NCBI RefSeq assembly: GCF_006345805.1
Contig: NC_042999.1
Coordinates: 85,126,001 to 85,190,000, forward strand
Reading direction: 5' to 3'
DNA length: 64,000 nucleotides
DNA from: Octopus sinensis
Taxonomy: Eukaryota
Made by a program: the position numbers and the translations under genes. Under the pieces are notes generated by a model. The model saw only the letters and a program-made list of their open reading frames with translations, did no database searches and was not told the DNA's origin. Below are positions 51,027-64,000 of this stretch, piece after piece (positions within the stretch are counted from its first letter, which is position 1; every line of letters starts with the position of its first letter).

Positions 51027-51654
51027 TGTCCGTGTACCTGCCTACATGGACGTGTGTGTATATTTGTTTGCAAATGTACATATTAGTATATATCCGCGTA
51101 TATATATACATGTATATGTGTAAGTACGAGTATATGTACATATAGCTATTTCTATGCATCTATCTATATAGGTGTATTCCAATGTATTTATATGTATGTG
51201 TTTCTCTGAATATGCATGTGTGGGTGTGTAAGTGTAAACAAAGCTATTTGATAGCATCTGCGTCTATGTGTATACATGAATATATTTAATATATATGTAT
51301 ATATATATATACAAATTGAGATAGGGGTTGTAAATGCAACCCTCCATGGGATAACATACATCCAATATACTGCTAGTGAAGTACCCAACAAAGTTAATAC
51401 ATAAATGTTAAGAATTGCGATGCAATTAATTCATTTACTGTATTATATGGGCAAAGGTAAAATGTTTTACCACAAATTCATAATACAAAATAAGAAAATG
51501 GAGAAATACATCGAAATCAAATATCAATTACCAGATAATACTCAATCGCATACTTTATTAAACCACCACATAAGAAACTATAATAATGTAGGGCAAAATC
51601 TCTATAGATTAAGTGGCAAATTACAGCTCTGAACTAATTGTAGTTTCTGATTTA

Positions 51655-52530
51655 CAGGTGTTTGAACTGAGTCAAGTGTGAAATGGAGCCTGTTGAGTGT
51701 CGAGCAGTGATCCGATTTTCGTATTTGAAAGAACGCACACCACGGGAGACTTTTGATGAAATGAAAGTAACTTATGGTGATGATGCCCCGTCATATGACC
51801 TTGTAAAACGCTGGCATCGTGAATTCAAACATGGTCGGAACTCTGTGGAAACAGCTCCCAGATCTGGTCGCCCCCTTCTGCCATTGATGAGGCATCTGTC
51901 CGTCAAGTTGAGGCTGCCATTTTGGAAGATTGATGCATAACTATTCGCCAAATAGCCCATGAGGTCAAGATTAGTACCGGGTCTGTGGAAACTATCATTC
52001 ATGACCATCTGCATATGCAAAAGGTGTCTGCCAGATGGATTCCTAGGCTGCTCACACCTTTCCAGAAGCAAAAATGCGTCGAGTTCTCGAGGATGAATTT
52101 GGAGATGTGCCAAGAAGATGAGTCAACATTTTTCAAAAGACTGTTTACACAGGAGGAAACCTGGGTCCATCACTATGATCCAGAGACCAAAGCCCAGTCA
52201 ATGCAGTGGAAGCACCGTGACTCACCTCCTCCAAAGAAGGCAAGGGTGCTGCCCTCCGTTGGCAAGGTCATGCTCACAGTCTTCTGAGACCAGGACACAG
52301 TAGTGATGACAGATTTCCTGGCAAAGGGTACCACAATTACAGGAGCCTATTATGCTTCACTTTTGAGGATATTAAGAGAAGCTATCAAAATCAAGAGGCG
52401 GGGCAAGATCAGCAAAGGCATCCTCCTCCTGCAGGACAACGCTCCGGTCCACAACTCGCGTGTTGCCGGATCAGAAGCACAGGCGTGCACCTATGAACTC
52501 CTCTCCCATCTCCCCTACTCTCCTGCAGCT
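51655..52530 (+). mobile_element. Mariner transposase pseudogene
   Basis: 51683-51940 (CRAVIRF...KRWHREFKHG...PRSGRP), 51985-52287 (WIPRLLT, QEETWVHHYDPETK), 52303-52557 (LLLQDNAPVH, HLPYSP). Confidence 0.88.
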
Positions 52531-52564
52531 TCTTGTGTTAATGGGACAGCCGTATAAGAGGTTC

Positions 52565-52765
52565 CCACTATATCAGGAGAGACTGGCCGCCTCGTCAATC
52601 ACTGGAGCATGGGACGAAAAATGTTTAACATCCATTTCTCACTGAACCAAACAAAATTTTGCTACCACCACTACAAATAAAACTGGGGTTCATGAAAAAT
52701 TTTGTAAAAGCTATAGACAAATTCGATCAGGAATTCAAGTATTTAGCATAAAAATTCCCCTCACA
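52565..52765 (+). mobile_element. DNA transposon fragment of an unassigned invertebrate family
   Basis: Frameshifted YIRRDWPPRQSL...KILLPPLQIKLGFMKNFVKAIDK, resembling the LPPLHIKLGLMKNFVKA motif I recall from invertebrate transposase-like ORFs. Confidence 0.5.
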
Positions 52766-53199
52766 TACAAATATGGACATACACATACAAAAGCATATAG
52801 ACGCGCACATGCACATACGTATAAATGTGCACTTAGAGGTATATGGATACATGGTCGTATGAACATGCGAACATATAAACAGGTAGGTGCGTAAAAAGAT
52901 ATGTGTTCATGAACACATATATACTCATAAAAACACACTCGTGTGTATAAACGTACCAACATGTACGTTTTACATATGCAAGTGAATAAGCAGGATCTGG
53001 GCACTTCGTCACCTTCAGAAATGCAGTGAATAAATGAAACAAGGACGTTATTTATCACAAATTATGATTTAATACAAAATAAAATGAAATGAAAATAAGA
53101 CAATATGTTTGCTTATTTTAAAAGTAATAGGAAGTACACTATTTCAGCTGGAATTGAATATTGCATTACCAAATAAACCGACAATCTATCCACTAGACC

Positions 53200-56100
53200 A
53201 CGGTTTTCCTTCAAATATGCAGTAAATACCGATAAATTTGGGCTGCAACCATATACACCCAATTTATAGTTTGATAGTTCCCACACAAATATGCATTTCA
53301 GTTTTATTACATTTAATGCACCATCTGTGCACGATATGCACATTGATTATATTTGGTATTTCGTGTTATAAAAGGTCTGGTTTTCGAAAATTGCAGCACA
53401 AATCCCCAAGATGAAGAATCTATCGTTTATTGCAGCTGTTGCTGGTACGTATCACCGTTTTCATACTTTCTTGGGTAGTGACTTTGTCTCATCTTTTCTC
53501 CTCCACTTCTCTCTATCTCTGTCGCACACATATTTGTCTAGGTTACACAATACGTTTTGAGATTTTCCTTATTCTAAAATATTTATGTTATACAAAATTA
53601 AGAGAATCTATAATATATATGCTAGTTTTGAAATGCTTTACCCCAGCAAAAAACAAATGTGATTTATTAACATTATGAATAAGACACTCGACGCTATTTT
53701 AGGACCGATTTGTAACAATAGCATACATTAATACATTGTGATAATTAATATAGCGTAATTTTCGATTGGAGAATAATGGATGCTAAATTTGTATTCCTTC
53801 TTCGCTGCACTGTTGCAACACTTACGGTTGGACAGTGTATTCCGTGTTTACTTCTTGATGTATTAAATATACTTCGAGAAGGTAACTTGCAATACTTACA
53901 AGACACTTAGTTTTACACACCTTGCAAAATATGTGGGGCTTCAGGCCGAAAACGCGCTTAATTGGCGAATAAATTGATATTATACGAAATTCCTTTTTAT
54001 TTCTATGATTATAACACATTAGTATTAGTTCGCATGACTCTAAAGGATATCATTCCAACTAACCTAAGTTACCACTGCGCTGTATCTGGCAATGACAACT
54101 CTAAATGATTCAGTTACATAGTTTTAATTTGGAAGTATAGGAATTATGACGAGCAATGATAATTGTATTCTTTAGACAGTAGGAACATGCAGTAACTGGC
54201 TAATATTTCGCAAGCTAATCATACCGGTTATATTTAGAGTCATAATGCAGAGTCATAATAAGCAACTCTGGTGAATACTCTTTTATATTAATGTATGTAG
54301 ATGAATTTCACTGCCAAAAGCAATGAACTAACGAATATTAAATATCAAACTTAGTTTCAAACATTTAGGAGTTGCATCAATTTATCGTCTGGAGAGAGAG
54401 AGAGAGAGAGAGAGAGAGTCGTTAAAATAGTGGAAATATTGATGTTTTTTTCATTTGTGGGTGCCATAAAGTGTTCTTAGAACGGATACTATGACATGCT
54501 CAAAATATGTATAACAGATTAATATTTAACCGCATTTGCTCTATTACTTCACTCAGATGTGCGATACAAATGCTTACTTGTCTTTTAAGATCAATGCAAT
54601 AATTAAAAGTAATGACTTTCCGATGTGACAATTCCCTCTTGTTGCTAAAGCTCTGAGGAATGGCCCACATTTCATGAAATTTCACATTCACTCTCTGCAG
54701 AATTGTACAAAGCCCAACAATTGGTATTTCTGATACATTAACATCGCAGAAGAAAGATAACGCTAAATCATATTCAGTATTTAGTTTTGTATCTCTAAAT
54801 TATATTTCCACTACAGTAAATTTGAACTTCCCAGGAGAATCAAAATTTATTGGAAAAAGTCCAGTTACATTTCAAGATGAGAAAGAAAGAAAGATATACT
54901 CCTTTGATCTTAATTGATATATCTACTCAACATAATATTTCCCCTCATTATTGATAACATAATCCCGTCTATTTACAAACTGTCGATCACTCGAGCAGAA
55001 AATCCTTCAGTTTTTAAGCAGAGAAACTCTCAACAACATCTTTAACCGCTTCACAATTTATAAACAGTTTTCCATCTAAATAATGTTACAATAATCTGAA
55101 AAGATGATTGTCAGAAGGAGTATGGTCAGGAGCGTTAGGAGGATGTGGCAAAAGTTCAATATTTAGTGCCATTACCTTTCCCTGAGTGACGTGGGTAACA
55201 TGTAGTTTTGCTTTATGATGTAAGAACAACACCCCTTTACGACTGAGCAATGACGGGTGCTTTTACTGCAAATTTTTGTGTAATGCTTTCGTTTACGACA
55301 ATACTTTGCATTAACTGTTTCGTTTTGGTTTAACACTTTAAGATAGATGACCACCCTTCATCTACCACTAAATACAAAGCATAATATTTTCGGGAATACT
55401 CTTGGTTCGGAGATGGATTCTTCTTTCTCCTTGGGTGCTAACCATTGTCATTTTTGTTGAATATAGTTATAAAAAACCTATGATCACCATTTGTTATGAT
55501 TCTACCAGGAAATATTCGGCAGCGAGTCTACTCTTTAACGACGAGCATAGGGAAACTCTATGATTATGCTGAGCGGCAATCCGATGATAGGGTCGCAGCA
55601 GCCAAGTTTAGATACTTTTCTTACTTAGTCCATTAAGGTATTTTATGATTTAAGAGTGATTTGAATTGAATTGTTTTGGTAACACTCATGCAGTTTGGTT
55701 GGGATTTTCCTCAACTACGGTTTTTAAACAGAACAACAGAAAAAAAATCTCGAGTGAAACTAACGAAACTATTATTGACATTTCCGGACAAAGCTTAATT
55801 TTTACAGACAGAACAAATATTTCTAGTGACTTCCATTGCAGCAGAGCCTTTTTCGAATTTATACCGTAAGCAGTTTCTAACATGTGCAAAATCTAATCTA
55901 AAGTAATTTTAAAAGGGGTAAAAACGATACGAAAAAAAAGATCACTATGGTACAATCGACAAACAAACAAAAATAAAAGAAAAAGAAAAACATTGGGATG
56001 TAAAAATTAAAGCTTATTAAACAGTAAGTATTGCAAACGTACCCTCGAACTGATTATGTCAAAATTGTGACAGAACTTTCTTTCTAACCTAACATATATC

Positions 56101-57478
56101 GGTTCTTTAACAGAATCAATTAAATCACTTACAATATATTATCCTTGTAATTTTTTAAATAACCAAACAAAATCGTTACGATTTTAATTTAATCTAATAA
56201 ATAATATTCTTTATTTGTAGTAATTGCGACTCTATGTCTGGGCATAGCGGGAAATCCATGTAAGTAAAGTTTAATACACCGTCAATATGCTCTCTCTCTC
56301 TCCCTCCCTCTCTCTCTTTCTCTCTCATATATATAGGTTGTGGTGGTAATGGGGCTCAACGAGGAGCCTTTTCTGCATTTTTGACTTTGAGGCAAAATGT
56401 ATTTTCTACAAATGTTCACTACATTACAAAAACTATATTAGGTAAGGAAATTGCCTTCACTAAATGCATTAAAAGCATTATAATACGATCTCATCACTAT
56501 TTTAGAAAATTATCGCCATTCTCTTTGAGTATATAAAAGACAACTTTGGCCGGGGCAAAACGAGTAAGCCATGATAAGGTAAAGATAAATTCTCCAGAAA
56601 AGAGACTCATACACATCCCTAGCTATCCCTAGACACAAGAAAGATCAGAAATGCAAGAAAAAAGTTAAATAAAAAAAGATCAGGCGAAAATGGCACGTGA
56701 TATGAAATTAAAGAAACTCGACTAAAAAAAAAAACCAACTCAACATAAAATATTCGCTGTAGCTTCATCACGATATGCTGGAGTGTCTTCTTCCTGATGT
56801 ATTTACACACCATACAGTACTTATCGACTATTGAAATTAGCCGATAATTACTCATCTTAGACATCACTGTTGAAACTTTAAAATGATTAAATTAGATATT
56901 AGTGTGGAAAAAAATTGACTTGGAATCCAACAGGGAAAAGAATATGGATTATTAAGCGCCAAAAACTATCCAGATATTTTATTAGCAACCTCAATTCCAA
57001 TCGGGTCAAAATTAAGGAAAATTTTCTTAAGAAAAATGGGACCTGCTATCTGACTATGTTCTGAACGCTTTAAACTTCAACAACAACAACAGCTGTGCTG
57101 ACCCATTTTTACTCCTAAAAATGATCCAGCAGTAGAAAATAGTAATGCTATACTTGCAATGTAATGATTTTCAAACATGTAAGGAGAAAATGAGGAATCA
57201 AAAGTTACTCATTTTGCTCCCCACTACATATATACACATACATATGTATTTTGCTTCTTGCTCTAATCTATGGCTTTTAATGAATCAGTTTTGAATATAA
57301 TATTATCAATTTTGTTTCTTTTTGGACAGACTACGGGCCAAGTCGTAAGTAATTTTAAACCTTCCTCTCCGTCTGCTTATCTGTCAATCAATCAAAGTAT
57401 TTCTATCGCTACATCTATGTCTTAGCCTTTTTGTGGTCATCAACGATATACTTCAAATTGCTAATGTTAAATTCGATA

Positions 57479-57531
<53 letters not shown>

Positions 57532-57557
57532 TTACTACTACTACTACTACTACTACA

Positions 57558-57615
<58 letters not shown>

Positions 57616-57759
57616 TACTACTACTACTACTCCGTTTGATAGGTTTCTGGATAGCTTACTTGATAAGATGTTTAGCTTTATAGTTTATGTCGCCATTCAT
57701 TAATAATAATGACGATGAGGATGATGATGATGATGAGAATAATAATAATAATAATAATA

Positions 57760-57800
<41 letters not shown>

Positions 57801-60135
57801 ATTTGAAATGAGAAGAATTTGGAGCATGCGAACAGTAAAAGTCCTGCGTATAATAATTAGTGCGTTGGGAATAGTAAGTCAAGATATAGACAAATGGCTG
57901 AAGGATGTTAAAATAGAATGCTCGATAGAGCTCCTATAGAAAGTTTGCATCTTAGGGACAGCAAGGGTTATAAGAAGAGTTCTAAGCAATTGAAAGACTA
58001 CTGAAAACTTGTGGATAATTATGCATGGCCATGTACGTGGAACAAAATATTAGGCTTGGTTAAAAAAGAACAATTAAAAAAAGAAAGAGTGCCTAACTGT
58101 AGCAGCTCAAGATCAAGCAATAAAAACAAACAACTTGGGTAAAACGTAGAGCCTGTGCAATTTGGAACGAGATAGTAGCACACATTGTGGAAGAATGCCC
58201 TAAGTTGGCAACGGAAGAATATAAGAAATGGAAGTACGATCAAGTTGTAAATGTTTTACATTATAAACTGTGCCAGAAATGGGGATTTGAAACTGGAAAC
58301 ACATGGTGCAATCATTGAATGGAAAGAGTACTGGCATCGGAGAAATGTAAGATTTTGTGAGTTTGAAATAGTACGCCTGGTAGTGCTCCAACAGAAAGTT
58401 TGTCTTCTTTGGGACAGCAAAGGTTATCAGGGGTGTTCTAAGCACTTCAAAGACTGCTGAAAACTTGTGAATATCTAACGTTACAGATAGTAACCCGTCA
58501 TACACATAAATACTACCAAGAATAAGACCAAACCTGTGTCAAACCAAAATAATAATAACAACAACAACAACAACAACAATAATAATAATCCTTTCTACAA
58601 TATGCACAAGTCCAGAAATTTTAGGTAGGATGTAATCGATTACATCGACCCTAGTGTTTGAACTCAGAAGGTCGACGAAATACCACTAAGCATTTCGCCC
58701 GACGTGCTAACGATTCTCCCAGATCGCCGCCTTTAGTGATAACAACAACAACAACAACAACAACAATAATAATATTAATAATAATAATTATTATTACTAT
58801 CATTTTTATTATTGGTGTGGGGTGGTATAGAGTAGGAATTATAAAATGGCAAAAGAGAGAAGTGAAGAAAATGGATACTAAGACAAGAAAAATGTTGACA
58901 GCATGTGGAGTCTTCTACCTTAAGAGTGGCACCGATAGGCTGTACTTGTCCAGAAGAAAGAGTGGGAGAGGTTTGATCATTTTCCGGGACTGTATTGAAG
59001 CAGAGGAAAACAGATTAGTGTAGTATATAAAATGTGCCGTGGAATCACTGTTGAAACACATGAAGAAGGTCAGCGTCCTCAAATCTGAAAATTGTGTAAC
59101 GAAAGAAAAATTTAAACAAGAAATGAAGAAAACAAAAGCATGGAAGGAAAAGAAAATGTAAGAGATATGCGGGCCAAAACAGTTGCAGTGGACCGTTGGC
59201 TATGGATGAGGATGAGTAACCTGAAGCTAGAGACAGAAGTACTCATATGTGCAGCTCAGGAATAAACGTTAAGGACCAGCTATATGAAGTGCAGAATCGA
59301 CAGTACTGCCGATAGCGACAAAAGCAGAATGGATGGTGTGAGAAGTGAAACGGTATGCCACATCGTTTAGTGGATGCCCAAAATTGGGCACAACAGGAAT
59401 ACAAAAGACGCCATGACATGTAGCAAGAATGATCTATGGGAAGATCTGTGGAAATCACGGCCTACAAAGAGCAAAGACGTGCTATGAGTAAAGTCTAGAA
59501 GGAGTCACCGAATATGATAATTGTAAAATCTTGTGGGATGCAAAGATCCAGTGCGATCACCCGACACCGGACATTGTTGTGGTGAATAAAAAAGAAAGGA
59601 CATGTATGATAATCAACATAGCATACACGATGATAACAGGATCAATGTGAAAGAAAAAGAAAAAAATAAACATCTATGAGGATTTAAAGTGGGAAATACG
59701 AAGGTTGCGGTCAATGAAGAGAGTAGTCGTGATACCAATAGTAATTGGTGCACTTGGAAGTATCAGCACTCAAATACCAACATAGCTGAAAAAGAACTAT
59801 ATCCGTCAATGTTTCTCCAAAAGAAACGGAGAAACATTCAAAATAAAAAGATCTGCAAATGGAGGTAACTCGAATGTGGAGTCTAAAAACAGAAACAATT
59901 CCTATCAAAGTAGGCGCATTAGGTATGATAAAAAAATATTCTGACAAATACATAAAACGACTAACAAGTATATATAACATACAGAAAATAGCACTACTAG
60001 GCACCGCACACATCCTACGTAAAACACTTTCAATGCTGTAAAAATAAAAGCATTACAATAAACCACAGCACATACTCAAGGCACACAGACCTGCGCCTGG
60101 TAGTGCAGTGAAAGCACGTGATAAAAATAAGACTA

Positions 60136-60185
<50 letters not shown>

Positions 60186-60291
60186 CAACAACAACAACAA
60201 CAATAATAATAATATATTTACTAAAACTTCGAGATTGTTTTGTCTATAGACATTATATCTTAAATACGATGAAGGGTTTATAGATAGGATG

Positions 60292-60329
<38 letters not shown>

Positions 60330-61899
60330 GCTAGTAGTACTACTACTACTAGTACTACTACTACTACTAATACTACTACTATTAATAAATAAAAAAAAAT
60401 AATAATATATTTACTAAAACTTTGAGATTGTTATGTCTATAGACATTATATCTTAATACGATGAAGGGTTTATAGATAGAATACTATATAGCTTCTTAAA
60501 GATGTTTATAAACTTCGATATCTTAGCTATGATAGTTCGTCCCAACTTGCCGAAGACACTCTTAAAAATTTCGTAAATTTCCATATCTTAGCTGTGCTAG
60601 ATCCTCTCAAAAGACTCTCTAGTTCTGTACATAAATTCGCGCACACGCTGGAACACTGGCAAGCTTACCTGACTCCCTCTTCGCCTCCATTCTCTTTCTC
60701 TCTCACTCTCTCACACACACAGAGCCATCTTTTGAATATTTGTCTCCTTTGAATTTGTCTTGTGCAAATTGTCTGGTCAATTTGCATTATTTTGTTTTTA
60801 TTCTGGGTGTGGTGTTCTTAAACTTGTGTGCTGAGGTAGATCATCGTTGTGGCATATTTCTTGTGTGTGTGTATTTTGTGTGCTATGTGTGTTCAGATTT
60901 CACGTTCAGGAAAGGGGCTACTCTGTTGGGATTACCGTCGCAGGTAATGGCTCTTCTTTGAAGCATCTGAGTGCAAAATATTGCTTGTGTATGCAGGAAG
61001 AGAAGGCTTAATCCCTAATGTTTAACATGTTATCTGTTGATTATATAATGTTTAATTTTTCAGTAATACAGAGTTCACATTTGGTACCTTGTCCTCAGTA
61101 CTTATATGCTTTAGCAATAATTTTCCATTCTATCTGGGGGGTTGATTACTCTACCTTCTTTCAATGTCTATATCATATTTGACAGAGATTTTGCATGTTT
61201 TTTAATATTTTTGTCTCTGAATGACGCCTTGTATACGAATTCTTTCACAAGACAGTTGTTGCTTAGAGGACAGCGGTTTTCGGATCTACATTTGCATTGT
61301 ATTTCGGGGGTGTTTCTGGTGTGTTTATATTATTGACCCTACATTGGGGAGATAACTATAGCTAACTTTGACAGTATTTTTGTTGAAGATCTTGTGGTAT
61401 TTGTGTGAGTATAGTAAGTAGCTGTCTATTAGCTTTAAGAAATTTCTAGCTTTGTTAGTACCTACATTCATGCTAAAGGTGGGTTAAACCATAAAATTTC
61501 CTTCTCTCTGCGTCTTCTTCGTCTATTTATTTTTGGTTCAATGTAGTATATGTTATTCTTAAAGGGGGATCTTTCTAATGCAGCATTATAATATGGGGCG
61601 GCTTTTTCAAAAGTGTCTTCGTCGGCGGATAAATTGGAGACGCGCCTGCTAAAGCTGTTAACCATTTGTTTAATTACTGCTGGTGGGTGGTTTAATTACT
61701 GGTGGTGGTGGAACCATTATCTATGTACGAGGCTACCTCTTTTGGTTTGTGGTACGGTTTAAATTTTCCTGTGTCAAGATTCATTTTAATGTCTAGGAAG
61801 TTGTCTAAATATTTTGCATAATTTTTCTTCATCCATATCATGTCCGTTTTTATTGTATACTACTTAATAAAGTATATATATACATATATATATATATAT

Positions 61900-61947
<48 letters not shown>

Positions 61948-62035
61948 ATATATATATTATATATATATATATATATATATTATATATTAGATATATATAT
62001 ATATGTATATATAATGTATATATATATATATATGT

Positions 62036-62070
<35 letters not shown>

Positions 62071-62096
62071 TATATATGTAGGAATATATAAATATA

Positions 62097-62146
<50 letters not shown>

Positions 62147-64000
62147 CTTCGCTTCGCTGACAAAAATTAGGAAGGCTGTTGTCCACGATGTCTGTACACT
62201 CGCTCATGGCTGATAAGGCCGATGTTGGATCGACAATCCGATTGTAAGAATGACAGAGGTATGGTTGTCCGGGATCTCATTATGCAGCAGAAAAATGTGT
62301 TTGCCTTTGATGTTTGTCTTCAAGAGAGACACTGCGAGAGATCTCAAAGGAGGAAACCACATCGCTGATGGTATGCAACCCAGTAACACGGTCAGCTTTT
62401 AGAGTGGACCACTCACGATAATCAATGTCACAAACGCTAAGGGACTGCTGTAGGCAGTCCTTGTAACGTTTGTTTGGTGCCCCTCCCCCTTGTTGCGGGG
62501 GACAGTAGTGAACTCACCGCACATGATGATCTTACGTAGGCGGTGGTCTTTCATCCTGTCAACGTGCCCAACATAATCGTGTCGCAAGTAAAATGGCTTC
62601 TAGGCTGGTGATCGCTTGAGGACCTCAGTGTTGGTGATATAGTCGGTCCAGTAGATGATAATGATGGCACGAAGGCAGCGTTGGTGAAACATATATATTT
62701 CTAAGATCGCATACGACAACAGAAGAATATATTAGATTTTGCAAAACTTTATAAGACGTGTTGAAAGTGTCGTTCTTCATTTTCAATACATAAGTTGACT
62801 CTTCTAGACATGTTTTGACGTGGTATGGAACGTGTGAAGGTTATGATTGCGTCTTTTAGGATATGCAGGACGTAGAAAATTCCCTGAGGAGAGACATTTT
62901 GAACACCCTATATATATGAAAAAACAAGTCAGGATAGAAAATGCTAAAATAATTTTATAAAGAACATTTCAGTACCGGTTCCAGTCATTGAGACCTTTTC
63001 AACTGTAACAATTAAATAATTAAATTTAGAAAAATTAAAAGAAAAGTTTTTTTAAAAGAATATTTGTATAGTGTTCAAATATAAGTGGCATTTTCTTTGT
63101 TTCTGCCTTTCACCGTCTCTCTTGTTTACTCTTGTGGGTTCGAGGTCGTTGTGAATTCTTGGTAGGGAAGAAGAAGGAGGAGGAAAAGGAAGTGGAGGGG
63201 AGGAAGGAGACGAAGAATTTGAGAATGTCTTGATTGTAGTATTTTGAATGGTCAGTGGAGGCTAGCAGTGCTGTTCAATTCAGAAAAAAAATTCTATTGA
63301 AGTTTGTTTATAGAATTTGTGTAGGTGTTATACTAAAAAGCTTAGAGATAAAGTTAGGAAGGAAAGGGGAGAAGCGAAGAGAAGAAAAAAGAAGAAGAAG
63401 AAGAAGAAGAAGAAGGGTGAAGAAGAAGAAGAAGAAGAAGAAGAAGAAGAAGAGAAGAAGAAGAAGAGAAGAGAAGAAGAAGAGAAGAAGAAGAAGAAGA
63501 GAAGAAGAAGAGAGAAGAAGAAGAAGAGAGAAGAAGAAGAGAAGAAGGAGATAGAATGAGTGAAAGTAGTGAGGTGTTGGATGACTTAAAGTTGGCACGT
63601 TATAGATTATAGCAGTGATTGGGGCTGATTTTTAATGGATTCTTAGGAATGTAATATTTGCGTGTGTATTCGTGTTATTCTAAGGCCGATGTGGATATAT
63701 CGTTTATCGTAGGCGCATTCAGAAGGGGTCTGTATTTTGTAATAAAGAGAGTTTCTTTACTAATTCGTTGACCCCCGATTATATCGTCCTTGAATTGGTA
63801 GAGGGAAAAAATCCTGAAGCCTGGAGTTCTGTTGTTGTCGCAAATATCTATGTGTTGGCTGAATGCTATTTTTCTGTTTAGGGGAATTTTTATCTGGGAT
63901 CTGTGCAGGGTCATTCTTTTACGTAAACTATTTTTTGTTTGGCCTATGTATTGCTCTTGACACCCAGAGTAGGTTAGTGTGTATATCAGGTTCTCCGAAG
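53200..64000 (-). repeat. Right arm of a large inverted duplication of about 4464-19030
   Basis: Position 64000 corresponds to 4464. Mirror-image ORF pairs include 5882/62399, 6080/62204, 6804/61468, 14056/59243, 15283/58019 and 16647/56619, most identical at protein level. Confidence 0.95.
62900..64000 (-). mobile_element. Mirror copy of the Penelope-like GIY-YIG and 3' region
   Basis: ORF 63675-63914 equals the C-terminal part of 4298-4789. Confidence 0.9.

Overview
Eukaryotic, AT-rich, repeat-saturated window with no recognisable host protein-coding gene and one 100-N scaffold gap (3040-3139). The tRNA-headed SINE families and the (TA)n/(TAA)n load point to a cephalopod, probably Octopus (inference). 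It contains decayed or near-complete retroelements (Penelope-like RT/GIY-YIG, R4/Dong-type RLE LINE, CR1-like, RTE, Tx1/L1-like), mariner and hAT fragments, SINEs and foldback elements. Three things stand out. (1) Two unrelated families of ~355-362 bp non-coding tandem repeats carry a minimal type I hammerhead ribozyme fold in essentially every monomer (15 copies). One family has the canonical CUGACGA core; the other has a compensated U3-A8 core (UUGANAA) with stem covariation across three subfamilies. These look like retrozyme (circRNA-forming) arrays inserted into (TA)n tracts, and the Penelope-like element in the window ends in a degenerate hammerhead with the same U3-A8 core. (2) A 176-bp repeat copy differs from its inverted neighbour by 20 A-to-G changes out of 28, none following a G: the footprint expected of an ADAR-hyperedited RNA written back into DNA. 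(3) The flanks form a large inverted duplication (about 4464-19030 versus 53200-64000, running off the window) with arm-specific indels, which is either a real segmental duplication or a mis-scaffolded haplotype. All alignments and folds were done by eye.
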